From contig CM052818.1 of NCBI GenBank assembly GCA_028534125.1, positions 22,570,001-22,634,000 on the forward strand: a stretch of 64,000 nt of DNA. Direction: 5' to 3'. The DNA is from Lama glama (Eukaryota). Position 1 is the first letter of the stretch. The number at the start of each line of letters is the position of its first letter. A program made the position numbers and the translations under genes. Under the pieces are notes generated by a model. The model searched no databases, was not told where the DNA came from, and worked only from the letters and a program-made list of their open reading frames with translations. Below, piece by piece: positions 1-11,839 of the stretch.

Positions 1-1959
1 GCAAGTTCTAGCATATTCCACTGATATCGGGGCTGACGAGTATTACCTTCATGAAGGGAGTGAGCAGAAAGGCTTCCTACATCAAATGACCTCCCTCTCC
101 TCCCCTCCATTGGCAATCCGGCTTCTAGTGAGTCTTTTCTCTCATTGAAGGGCAGATCCACCTGGCAAGACACACACCTCTAACCATTATCAGTCATGTG
201 CTCTGCAGAGTAAATGAGTTTATCAGCCACCTACGCTCAGGGGACAGCTACAGCAGAGGGTGTCCAGTGCCCACCTTGATAAAATCACATGATACATCAC
301 ATAGGAGATGGTCAGGATGGTGTCTCCAAGCTTGGGGAGCTTTTTTTCAGTTCTGCAGTCTCAGGGTTCAAAAAAAGGGGCAAACTGAGAATAGGAAAGA
401 GCTCTTCTCCTCCTCCATACCCCCACCCCGACCCACATACCCCACACAGAGGTGCCCAGGCCTCCGCCAGGGCAGGAAGTGTTCCTGGGGCCAGGGTCCT
501 CCTCCTTGACCACTCAGTCCCCAACAAGGTCATCCTTTGGGGTCAGGGCAGTGTGTGACCCCTCAGACCTGCCCTTCCCCAGGGGGCCAGCTAGGAGCAA
601 GGAGACCCAGCTCACGCCCCCACCTCCAGGTGCTCCCATTTGTGTCTTCCCTCTGCCCAGGGACACAAGCCAGTCCGACTCACCCCTGTACCCATTCTGG
701 GCTGCACCCTTTTCTGCTGTCACTGTGGAGGGTGGCCCAAGCCAGCCAGAGTCAAGTGGCTGGGTTGGTCTCCCAGCTGGGTCACTCTCCTCACCCTTTT
801 CTGTGCCCCCGTCTCACTTCCAGGAACCTCTCCTCATTTCCCAAAGTCCCCAGGGCCTTCCTGCAGCCCTGGCTCTGGTGGTCACAAGGGACTTAGTCAT
901 ATGGAGGTCTTCATGGCTTCATGTGGGACCTCCCCAACATCAGCGCTCAGCCCAGAGGCCCAGGGTTCTAACGGTGAGATGCTAGGCATCTTGAAAGTGG
1001 GGGTGAGATGAAGTGACGAGAAAGCGGCCCTCCCACTCCCCTGAGGTCCACAAGCGTGGCCACCTGCACCTGTTGTAAAATCAGCCCAGCCCCGTGGCCC
1101 CAGGACCTGAGAACTGACTGCTTTGCAGCCTGTAAATTAATCAAACGTGGCTGAGCAAGAATGTGCCTGAAGGGCTGGGGGAGGGGAGCCCCAACTCCTT
1201 CAGATGGAGGGTGGAGGCGGGCACCTTGTCAGATGGCCCCTCACTGATTCACAGCTCATTCGCCCAGGTTTGCCCACCTAGACCCCACCCAGCCCCACCC
1301 ATCTGAAAGAGGAAGAAATAAAAGACAGCAAGTGTGAGGAAACCATTTTATAGCTCTTTAATAACTGTTTTGCTAGGTTCTGTTTACTCTGTTCAAAGTA
1401 TGTTATAAAAATATTCTGTAATTAAGGAAAGAAAAAAAACCCAGGAAAGTCCTTTTAAAAACAGGTTTGAGGTAAAGAACAGGTTGATCCTATCAACTTG
1501 GGGAAAACATGTCCTGCAGCAAAAGACATCTGTGAATGTCTGTCTGCACTCACTGGGAGAGGGGAGTGACTGGGACGCCAAGGGACACAAAGCCTCGGGT
1601 CTGGGGGCAGCTCTGTCCGGCACCTTCAGTGCTGTAGCAGGAAGACAGAGTTACTCACACCAAGATCAACAGAAGACACCCAGCTTCTCTCCCCGGGGTT
1701 TGATTCACAAGCACTTGGCCCCACAGCTCGTCCAGCCCTGCAGACGGAGCCTGGGTCAGTGACTCAAGCTGTCCTTTCAGCTTCTGCAGGTAAATCCTCC
1801 ACTCTCTCCAAGATGTCTGGGACTCTAGGCAAGGAGGGGAGTGCTGACGTGAGCTTGTACTGGAGGAGCAGCAGCCTAGCCCTGTGGCAGGCTCTATTCC
1901 TATCCTCAACTCTCTCTCCTTCCTAAAAGAGGGGGGTGCATCCCTGCTTGTGGCCATGG

Positions 1960-2263
1960 GACTTGCAGCGACTTCTATGTAAGGAACATCCTGCCCCACC
2001 CTCCAATGATATGGCCACCATGTGACGTGACTTGGCCAGCGGCACATGAGCGCAGACGATATGTGCCATGTCCAAGCAGACGCATTAAGAGCCAACCCCA
2101 GCTTCCACCAGCCCACTTACTCTTTTCCCTGCCCTGAGAAGGGCATGCTCCACACTGGGGGTGCTCCTGCAGTCAGGGTCCCCGTCTGAGAAGACATGTG
2201 GGGCAAAGCCTAGCCAACCACAGCCACCAAGTAACATGAATGCGAAATAAACTGCTGTTTTAA
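1960..2263 (+). mobile_element. MaLR (MLT1-type) solo LTR remnant, 3' end cut off at the SINE
   Basis: Typical MLT1 3' portion 'gaagacatgtggggcaaagcc...cagccaccaagtaacatgaatgcgaaataaactgctgttttaa'; recognised from memory of the consensus. Confidence 0.6.
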
Positions 2264-2266
2264 TAC

Positions 2267-2326
2267 TGAACCCAGGACCTCGTGCAAGCTAAGCATGTGC
2301 TCTACCACTGAGCTATACCCTCCCCC
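2267..2326 (-). mobile_element. Camelid tRNA-Ala-derived SINE (Vic-1 type), head only
   Basis: Reverse complement reads GGGGGAGGGTATAGCTCAGTGGTAGAGCACATGCTTAGCTTGCACGAGGTCCTGGGTTCA; A box and start of B box present, tail absent; same family as the copies at 13095, 18402 and 50575. Confidence 0.9.
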
Positions 2327-2747
2327 AAGGTCAGTTGATTTTATACTATGTGTTTTTACCACAATTTTTTAAAGAAAGAAATAGTTCCAACTCAATATAT
2401 TTTGCCCATTAGTGTTCCACCTAGACCCATATGCAGAGGAGATAAGAAGTAAGGTGGGCTGGCACCAGTCAGCCCCCGAACACCCACTTCTCTTAAGTGT
2501 TGCTCCTTGCGGTATTCCTGTTTTCTCATTCTTTAGAATTTTTAGACCTATTACTTCTACAGTCCACGTTCTTCTGAGCGGGGAAAGACACTTCACCACC
2601 ACCCAGCCTGCTGGGTTGGTGCTTAAGAGTGGTCCTTCCCATCTCATATGACTTTCTGACCTCAGACCCCAAGAAAATCCCCTAGAGTCTCTTTGCCACA
2701 GACACACAGAACTTAAGAGACTTGACATATACATTAATATGCTTGGT

Positions 2748-3170
2748 GTCATTCAGGACTTGGGTTGGCTGCATAGAACAGAAAACCCAAATAACAGTGG
2801 CTTAAACAAAATAGGGATCATTTTTCTCTCACATAATAAGAGCAAAGGTTGGAAATTCAAGGCAGTCTAGCATCCCCATGATATTGTCCAAGTCCCAGGC
2901 TCATTGCAGCTTTCTCTTCTGCTACATAGGGTGTGACTTTTACATGCATGATCACAAAATGGTTGCTGAAGTCACTACCATCACACCCGTCCTCCAGGCA
3001 GAGGGAGGATCAACGGCTCTTATGTGCACACTGGCTGAATGTCCCCCACTATTAAAGAGCTTTTGTGGAAGCCTGATCCAACTTCTGCTTCTATCTCATT
3101 GTCCAGCACTGCATTATGTGGCCACCCCTAGCTTCAAATGAGGCTGAAAACCGTAGTGTCTTAGCTGGGC
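2748..3170 (-). mobile_element. MaLR (MLT1J/K-like) LTR
   Basis: 'ggctgcatagaacagaaaacccaaataacagtggcttaaacaaaatagg...tctctcacataataag' is the reverse-strand MLT1 3' end signature. Confidence 0.6.
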
Positions 3171-3714
3171 CAACTGCCAACTCTCCAAGTAGTCCAGATT
3201 CTACACAGAAAGGAAGAAGAGAAGAAGGGAGAGCTGGTGAGGAATTAGCAACCCCAGCCACACATTCCTAATACCAGTGTTCCCTTTAGAGGTCCTGAGG
3301 CTGGTATATCATTGGTGTCCCCTTTCTGCCCCCTCAGATGATAAACTTCTTTGCAAACAGAGACAAAATGTTATTCATGTTTGGTACTGCCTCTTCCCCA
3401 ACTACAACCTTCCGATCCTACCATCCCCACTCAAGAAATACAAATTTTTGAGAAGAAAATGACTCGCTATTAACTATATGTGCCTTGTGGCACTTCCCGT
3501 TACTTACTTGAATCACTATTCTATTGTCGTTTTATGTTTCCGAAGAGTATGTAGCAACTCCTTCACTCAGCTGTAAACTCCTAAGAGTCTGGAAGTAGCC
3601 AATCCAGTGACCTGCGGGTGTGCCAGGAGTGCCTTCAGGAACTGTGAGACTATAGGATCTGGGTTTCAGTGGTTATCAGTAACCAAAACAATAGTAGCTT
3701 GATCTTTTTCTGAT

Positions 3715-3935
3715 GCTTTAGAGTTTACACAAGCTCCTTCAGCCACGTTATCACATAGGACTTTTAAATAACTCTTTTTAAAGTGAGTAGGGCTGTTGTT
3801 ACTGTGCCTCTTTTCACAGATGATGAAATGGAGGCTAAGTGGAGGCACACGACTTGCCCAAGGGCACGCAGTGAGTGTTTAGTCTAGAACTTAAGTGGAG
3901 GTCTTTTGACTACAAGTCTGGCACTTTTCCATCAA
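3715..3935 (-). mobile_element. MIR SINE
   Basis: Core 'ttttcacagatgatgaaatggaggctaag...gacttgcccaagggcacgcag'. Confidence 0.7.
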
Positions 3936-3996
3936 ACTTTAAGCCTTAATTCCCCCTTTGCAAAATTAAGAAATTAAATTGGGTGATTTCTAACGC

Positions 3997-4298
3997 ACTG
4001 CTGTCCAACAGAAATAGAGCATGCCCCACAAATGCAATTTTACACTTTGTAGCATTTTTAAAAAGTAAAAGGAAATGACAAAATTAATTTTAATAATAAG
4101 ATTTTATTTAACCCAAAATATTATAATTTCAATGTGAAATAATGATAAAAATCATTAACTAGATATTTTACATTCCCTTTCTTTTCTTTTTTTTTTTTTT
4201 TTAGTCTTTGAAATTCAGTGTGTTTATTACACTTTCAGCACATCTCAGTTCAGACTAACCACATCTTAGTGGCCACCGTATTGGAAACTTCAGCTCTA
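3997..4298. mobile_element. hAT-Charlie MITE (MER33/MER3-like)
   Basis: Starts 'cactgctgtccaacagaaata', has an AT-rich interior and ends 'gtggccaccgtattggaaacttcagctcta'; the ends are loosely complementary. Confidence 0.6.
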
Positions 4299-4468
4299 AT
4301 ATTGAAAGGTAAATTTAAAATTAAGCTCTGAAATTTCATATTTCATTACCAATAGTTTTAGAAATTATATAAAATAATTATTTTCTATATAGTCTTGCAA
4401 TAAAGAAGTGCCTCCAGCAACCATTCCCAGAAGTAAAAAAAAACTCTCTGCTTAGCCGTCACAAAGCA

Positions 4469-4502
4469 CCACTGCCATCTGGTGGCAGTCTCATGAATTG
4501 CA
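4469..4502 (-). promoter_or_regulatory. CTCF site (core plus upstream motif)
   Basis: Minus strand reads TGCAATTCatgagacTGCCACCAGATGGCAGT: CTCF core consensus with a TGCAATTC upstream-type motif. Confidence 0.7.
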
Positions 4503-4559
4503 AGCAAATTCCCTAAAACGAAATTGTTAATTCAAGCTCTAGGAATAAGTTTTTGAAAT

Positions 4560-4683
4560 ATGTTGTATCTGATTTACCACGGAAACCCCTAAAAATGCAT
4601 ATTGCTGGGCCCCACTGAGTCGGAATCTCCAGGACTGATCCCAAACACCGCATACATACTAAAATTTGAGAATCGCTGATCTA
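4560..4683. mobile_element. MER5-like hAT MITE remnant
   Basis: 'aaaaatgcatattgctgggccccactgagtcggaatctccagg...aaaatttgagaatcgctgatcta'. Confidence 0.55.
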
Positions 4684-5039
4684 AAGAACATGCCTATATA
4701 ATGCAGCCACAGAAAATTCAGTGGCAGCAAATGTCAGAGAGGGGACTCATTTTTCCATCATGCTGCTCTTATATTTTGAAGACCACTGCTTTTTGTCTGT
4801 GGTCTACTGGGTTCTATGGAGTTGTGTTGTTGTGTTGTCTAAGTAGAAAAAAACAAGACCCTACTCACCCAACATACACAGAAAGTTGATAAGAACCTAT
4901 AATCCAATCACTTCAAAAAGACTTAAGAAGAGAAGTTTATATCCCCCTACTTCCCTGCCATGAAACCCTGTTAACAGATAAATATAACTCAAGACCTCAC
5001 ACAAGCTAGCCTCTGCTGGACTCGGGCCTCTCCTCTTAC

Positions 5040-5375
5040 CTCTGCCCTGCTCACACCCTGTGATCCAGCTCAAGGCCCTCCCCTGCCTCTGAGACTTTGC
5101 AATGCTGTTCCACCATCTGGAACAGCATTCCCCATCCCCTCACCTCAATGACAACTCATCCCTCAGGATGCAACCTGGGCATCACCTACTTGGGAAGCCC
5201 CCTGGGCCAGGTGCCCCCCACTTTTCCTCCCAAAGTTTCCTGTACAGTTATTGTCTGCAATGTCTGACTTCCCCACAGGACTGTCAGGTCCTAGAGGGTG
5301 AAGGTGTGTCTCTTTTCTCTGTATCTCCACAATGCAGCACAAAGCAGCATTTAAATATTTGCTGAGTAAATAAAT
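5040..5375 (+). mobile_element. L2 LINE 3' end
   Basis: 'ttccccacaggactgtcaggtcctagagggtgaaggtgtgtctc...aaatatttgctgagtaaataaat'. Confidence 0.6.
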
Positions 5376-6972
5376 GTTTTCTAAGGCAACAAGTAGTTAG
5401 TCTGATTTTTTTTAAAAATAATAACCATGATGCTAATGTGTCTGGAAGAGACTAACAAGATAGCCCTCCCTCAGTAAATGCATTTCAGGGGCACCTTTTA
5501 AAGGCATCACAATTTCATGTGACAGCTCTCATGGTGGCACTTGGGGCCTACGACTAACTGTGTCTGGGATGAAGGTGCAGGGGTGGGTGATTTGGACACC
5601 TATGAGGTAGTGAGACAGGGAGGGGCACAGGGAGAGGGCAGGAACAGAGTAATCTGGGAATGTCCTGACCGCCTCCCAGGAAGGGAGCCATTTCCCCAGA
5701 GGACAGAGGCCTGTCACGTCTCGCCCAGCTAATCTGACAGAAGCCAGCTGCAGCGCTGGCTGGGCCTGCCCCCGGGAAGGCGTGCTCAGGCTGGGAACCA
5801 CATGCCGCTGTTTGCCCCCAGGGACAGGGGCACAGAGGGAGGGTAATTGACTTGTCTCCCAAATTTATTTATTAATTCCTAGCTGCACATTTGATGTGGT
5901 TTCCAGGAGGCACGCCATTGAAATCTGCCCCTTCCCTTTGCCACCGCCCAACCCCGCACCCTCCCGCCTGAACCTTTAGGCTTGATGCGCGGTCCGCCAG
6001 GGAGGTGGGTGAAGCTCAAAACCAGCCACACAAGAAAGACTACAGCAGGCAGGGGGGCTGGAAAGTGTGCCTGCCATGCAGAGGGGCTCACGGCCCCCAG
6101 CTCAGGCTTGTGAGAGAATCTGAGGGGCCGGTGGGACAGCATGCTCAGGAGGCCTGTGTGGGACAAGGCAGGGTACCTATCAGGACAAATCTCACCTTTC
6201 TGCTTCAGCTTCCCAGCTATGAAAAGGTGAAAACAGGGACTGCTGAGGGCCCTCATAAGGCTGTGCAAGAAGATCGAACATGATGAGGACAGGAAAGAGC
6301 TGTGACAAGTAAAAGGTGCGCATAACCGGCAGGAACTTACACGTGGTGGGCATCAGTGTTGATCTCCAAGTGCCAGGTTTAAGCTACTGAGATTTTTCTA
6401 CCTTATGCTTTTCCAGTTTTCCATTTTTCCTACAATTAGTGTAAATGAGTTTTATAACCAGGGAAACACCAGAATAAACAAATGATGGGAAATTTGTGGA
6501 TCAGAGATGGAGCATGTGCCTAAATTTGCATCCTTCAGGAGGTAAACCTTGTGGCTGAATCCCAACAAGCAGGGTGGTTACAGGGTAGAGGGAGAGAGGG
6601 GGTCCTCCCTCCACCTCTGCAGAGCCAGGAAGGAGCTCCCACTTGGAGCAAGAGTGGGAAGACCTCAGGGTCAAGGGTACGGTTGCTTTCTTAGGTGAAT
6701 ATAGACAAAGACCTCAGCCAGAGAGAATGGGAGTCAGGCCCCCACAATTCTCCACTGTTAATCCACCTTCAGCCCTTACAGGATCAGCAGAAGTGACCTC
6801 CATTTAGCTGGTGTGCTGGGAGCTATGTGGTTCCTAATTCCCCAGACCCTGTCCAAGGGAGGCTCCACTCCCTCCCAAGAAGAAGGAGGGAGTGATGGCC
6901 CAAGATGAGGGGAGTTGACTGCAGAGGTCAGGCAGCCTTGGTGTTCTTCACACACAACCACCCTGGCCCTAG

Positions 6973-6974
6973 GC

Positions 6975-7007
<33 letters not shown>

Positions 7008-7011
7008 CACA
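6973..7011. repeat. (GT)n(GC)n microsatellite
   Basis: gcgtgtgtgtgtgtgtgtgtgtgtgtgcgcgcgtgcaca seen directly. Confidence 0.95.
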
Positions 7012-10000
7012 GCCTGAGCAGGCTTATGAGCTGAGAATGCAGGCTGGGCCCAGCACACCCTGATCCCAAGGTGGCAGGAATGGCTGCACCAGAGCACACA
7101 TGCCTGTCCAAGGCCCCAGACCAGCTGCCCTGGCCCCTCACCACAGCCCGTGGCTTCCCCTCCCATTCCCATCGACCCTCTGAAGAAGGAGTTAATGAGG
7201 AAGAAAACGTTCAAAGGTCTCAATGTGGGCAGCAAGCCAGGGGCCTGGCAATCCTCAAACTGACAAGTCATAGATGCACACGCCGAGGTGCCTGCCCTTG
7301 GAGATTCCCGGGGAACTGGCCCAAATCCCGTCGATCATAGTTGCCCCCCACAGCTTTGCCTCCTGGCACTGGCTTCTGCTAAACAGTTCAGTGGTCAGAT
7401 GGCATCCATGCCCCACATTCTCAGCCCCACTTCCACATGGACAGGCTCAAACCCCAAGATCCGCCCTTCTCTTTACTCCCCCACTAAAAAATCACTCGCA
7501 CGAGGCACGTGTGTAGAGCAGACCCCACTGAGGGCCCGGGTGATGGAGGGCTTAATGGCCCCTTAGGTTCTGTCATCTGCCACCGTTCAAGGCCTCCCAG
7601 TTCCATTGCAAAGGCCCACTCTCCTGCTCACCGAACGAAACCCTGGGCTGGGCCCCCTCCTCCGGCCCGGCCCCTCAGCTCCACGGAAACATTAGCAGAA
7701 GCTCTAAAGCCTGGGAGTTTTTTTCTCCCTCCTTCCCCTGCCTCCTCTCACACACTGACACCCACCAGACTCCACCAGAGACTCCCGGAAAGGAAGGATT
7801 CCAATCCCCTTCCAATCCCAGGACATTCCTGGACCCAGACCAAGGAATCCTTTTCGCTTTGCATTCCCCTCAGGTGCAAGATGTTAGGGAAGCCAAAGGA
7901 ACTCAGTAGGCAAGACAAATCTCACTTCAATGCAATACTTTTTAAAAACCAAACTACTGCGAAATATCCATGATGGATGAATGAAATATCAAATTTTCCC
8001 AGTCAAGACAGGCTCGGTATGACTGATTTCCCCTTTCGCCCCCGGCTCCAACATGGCGGAGCCCAGCACGGCGCTGACCGACGTCAGGATGAGACGACCG
8101 CAAACAGGAAGGCAGCCCTCAAAAGTGCCAGGAGGATGAAGTAACACGCAACTCAGAGTGGATTTAAGGAGACTCGGCAACCGGCCAGATGATGAGTTTT
8201 GCAGAGTCCTGAGCAGTCTGTGCGGCGGCGCCCATGAAGGCAAGGAGCTCAGGTTCCTCCATCAGCCCCCAGTGCGGCTAGAACCCGAAAGAGCCAAGTG
8301 GCCGGCCGAGGGCTGTGCGCTCTGGCCTCCGTGCGCACCTGGGGAGGGAGAGGAGCAGAGGTGGGGGGGGCAGGAATGAGGCTGAGGAAGGGGGCGGGCA
8401 GGGAGAGAACGCCTCCCACCCTCCTCTCCTCCCTGCAGCAACCCCGCGCCTGCTCGGGCCTGCCTGCATTAATAACTCAGGCTGGGCTGGGCCTGATAAG
8501 ACACTAAGTGCTTCTGTCAAACGCCAGCGTCACCTCCATTTCCCTCGGGCCCACCAGGATGCCTCTGGGAAAGAACACCTGGCTCTGGAGACCCCCTTTG
8601 GGCCCAGGGGCTGGGCAGGCCATCAGCCCAGGGGACCCTGGCCTAGGAGCACCCCCAGTCTGGCCCATGAGGTAGGCCGGCACCCAGGAGCACAGGAGCC
8701 CGGCTCCCGGTCTGCGTGATTCAGCCAGCGGGCCTCGGGCTCCCCCACACACAGGGATCGTGCCTGCCAGAGAGGTTCACTTTTCCCAGCTCGAAAAATT
8801 CCGACCAGCTCGTGACTCTGCCTCTTGAAGACTGAAATCATCTTCATCTCCAGAAGAGAAGCCTGTGTCGGCTCGGCTAGACCAGAGAAGAGAGAGGACT
8901 CCTGCCCCCCCGTCACTCCAGGACCTTCCCAAGGAGCTGCTGTCACCTCCAGGCCAGGGCCAGCTTCCAGGATGTTCTCACTGCTTTACCTCATAATTAC
9001 AGGAAGCACTGGGCTCAGAATGGGTGAAAGAGGCTGTAGTTTCAGCCCGCAGAGGCCGGGGAACAGTGGGGAGGGAAAGGGTGGAGTCATGGCCCCAGCC
9101 CAACCATGCACCATCAAGTCTGCACTGGGTGGATGTGGGGGGTGGAGGGTAGGGACAGCAGAGCCAGTGTCCACCCACTGAGGAGGCCAGGCAGCCCTAC
9201 CCCAGCTGATGTGTGCCTCTGGTGAGGACAGCTTCAGCTGCTGTTTCTGGAGTTCTTTCTGCCTCCGGGAACTGTGCTGTGCCTACATTCACACTTATTC
9301 ACTCAACAAACATAGGCACCCACTACATGCCAGGCTAGACTGTGTGCACACTCATGCTAGGTTACACACACACAGATCTGGGCTGGGCAGTGTCCCACAC
9401 CCTCCACAAGGACTGGAGAGAGCTCATGCTCATGTCCACCCCCAGCCTGGGCCACAGTGGCATTCACATGCTCATCTCCACTGGCCATGTTCATGCCCAG
9501 GGGCTCCCCTGGTCTCCTGCCTCTGCACCCTGGGGTGACACCTGCCGCCAGCGACAGATGCCACTTTCTGGTATTGGTGGATGAGACACCCAGAGGCCTT
9601 ATGTAGGGGTCACGGTCACAATGGGCAGGGTGGTGAAGGAGGGGCTGGGGCCTGGGGCTGGGTTGGGGCTTGGCCTCTGTCTCCCAGGCCCATTTGGCTC
9701 TGCCTGCCTGTGGGGGAAGAGCTGTCCCAGGTCGACACAGGAGAATCCAAACACAGAAACAAGACGTGAAGGGTGTTCAAGAGTCACAAACCATGAAGTG
9801 GATTCAGTTCTGCCACCTCTGACTCCACTCATAGCCCCAGGCTTCTTCACCCCAAACATCCCTGCCTCTATCCCCACCCACCATGTGACCTGATCATCTG
9901 GCCGGCCAGTCTCTCTTCCTAAAACCTCCACTTTTAGCAGGTCACTCCCCGCTCAAGAATCTTCAATAGCTCCCCACTGCCTAAGGATGAACTCTGGCTG

Positions 10001-10734
10001 GCATCCAAAGCCCTCTCAGTAGACAGGAGCTAACTTTCCTGCTCTGACTCCCTCTTCTCTCTTCCCAAACTCCCTCTGGACAAGTGTCAGGAATTTACTC
10101 CATTAAGGCCTTGCACTTTTCCATCTCTGCATCTTTTGTAAATGCTTCCCCTCCTCCTGGAATGTCCTCTCTCCCTCCAAATCCTCCCCACCTTTCACAG
10201 CCCAGTTAAACCCCTACCCAAGAAGCTTTCCCCGATGACCATGGTCTCTAAGGATCGTCCTCTCTGTACCATATGCTACCCTACCAAGCACTGCAGGCCA
10301 CTCTCACCCTTCACCCACTCCAGCCACACAAGTATGTGTGACTGTCTGTCCCTGCAGTGATGTGTCCCTGGCCAACCAAGCTCTCTTCTCCAAAGGCAGC
10401 CACCACAGCCGGTGCTCTGCACCCTCAGGCCATGGCCTGCTCTGCTGGGTGGGAACCCGCACACATTCCTTCGGAATTAACTGAGGTCTTGCTGGCTCCA
10501 GGCTCCACAGTATGACATTGATCCTGTTTGCTATTAGCTTTTTTTTGCCCTCCCCAGGCAGTGAGGCCCACTGGGTTCCAAAGGAAAGTTTTCTGGTCTC
10601 GGGGGGCAGAGATCTCAACCGCCACAAGGGAGGGTGAAGGGTCACATCTGGGGCCATTTGGAAACCTGAGTCAAGACCTAAGACGCTGCCCTCAGCCGCC
10701 TAATGCCTCATGCACATCCTGCCCTACATCTGGA

Positions 10735-11035
10735 GAGCACACATGTGTGAAAACACAAACACAGAGGTGTGAACACACATGTGCACAGGCACAAACATGC
10801 AGGTCAACACACATGCTCAGGCATAAACACACAAACACAAACACACAAACATATGGGAGCAAGCACACGCATGCATGTGAGCAAGAACACACATGTGCAC
10901 AGGCACAAACATGCATACGGTCCCAGACACAGGCATGTATGTCGACACATCCCCCGCACAAGCATGCATGTGTGTACACATACGCAGAGACAGGAGTACA
11001 CACGTAAACAGAGAGACGTGCACACACAAACACCC
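10735..11035. repeat. Degenerate CA/CATG-rich simple repeat
   Basis: About 300 bp of cacaca/catgtg units; it accounts for the His/Thr- and Cys/Val-rich ORFs here. Confidence 0.85.
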
Positions 11036-11404
11036 CGCTATCACCTTGACTACCCAGATGTGGGCTGGGTGGCCCAGCCACCTCTGAAGGGACTGAATCT
11101 CTGGAAAAATGCACCGCTCCCCCAGCCTGAGCCGCCTCAGGAAGGCGCAAAAACCCGACTTGCAGTGTGGCCAGATCGTTTTCCACAGCTTACCTTCAAA
11201 CAACCTCAGCCCCAAGAGATACCACACTTTTCAGCAAAGACTAAATAAAAGCATCCCAATCACCCTGCCCCCACCTATGGGGGCAGGAACAGACCAGGAA
11301 GAGGGGGGAAGGAGTGGAGAGGCCAGGCTACCACACATCTCTAGGCTTCTGGAACACGGTGGCCACAGCTGCCCACATCTGCTAGTTGGACTGCAACAGG
11401 GGAA

Positions 11405-11839
11405 AGGCCTCAACTTAAAGCAACAAAGATTTATTCTTTTCCAGGTCTGGAGGTCGGAAGTCCAAAATGCATTTCACTTGGCTAAAATCAAGGTGTTATC
11501 ATGAATGTGCTCCTCTGGGAGGTCTCAGGGAGAACCTGTCCCATTGCTTCCTCCAGTTTCCAGAAGCTGCTGCCTGCCACCCCTTGATTCGAAGTCCCCT
11601 TCCTCCATCTTCCAAGTCAGCAATGGTGGGTTGGATCCTCATACGGCATCACTCGACTCTGAGTCTCCTGCCCCCTCTTCCACTGATGAAAACCCTGTGA
11701 TCATACTGGGCCCACCTGGATAATCAGAATAATCCCCCATCTCAAGGTCCTTAACTTAAATCGTGTCTGCAGTGTAACATATTCACAGGTTCTGGGAAGA
11801 ACATAGACATCTTTGGGGCCCATTACTCTGCCTACCATA
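11405..11839 (-). mobile_element. MaLR LTR (MLT1D-like)
   Basis: 'cttaaagcaacaaagatttattcttttccaggtctggaggtcggaagtccaaaat...gggcccacctggataatc...catctttggggcccattactctgcctaccata'. Confidence 0.75.

Noticed and set aside
198..1011. Cluster of 90-177 aa ORFs at the window start
   Set aside because: Pro/Ser-rich, all frames open to a similar degree, no domain or exon structure recognised
10528..11248. Several 130-165 aa overlapping ORFs rich in His/Thr or Cys/Val
   Set aside because: Translations of a CA/TG simple repeat
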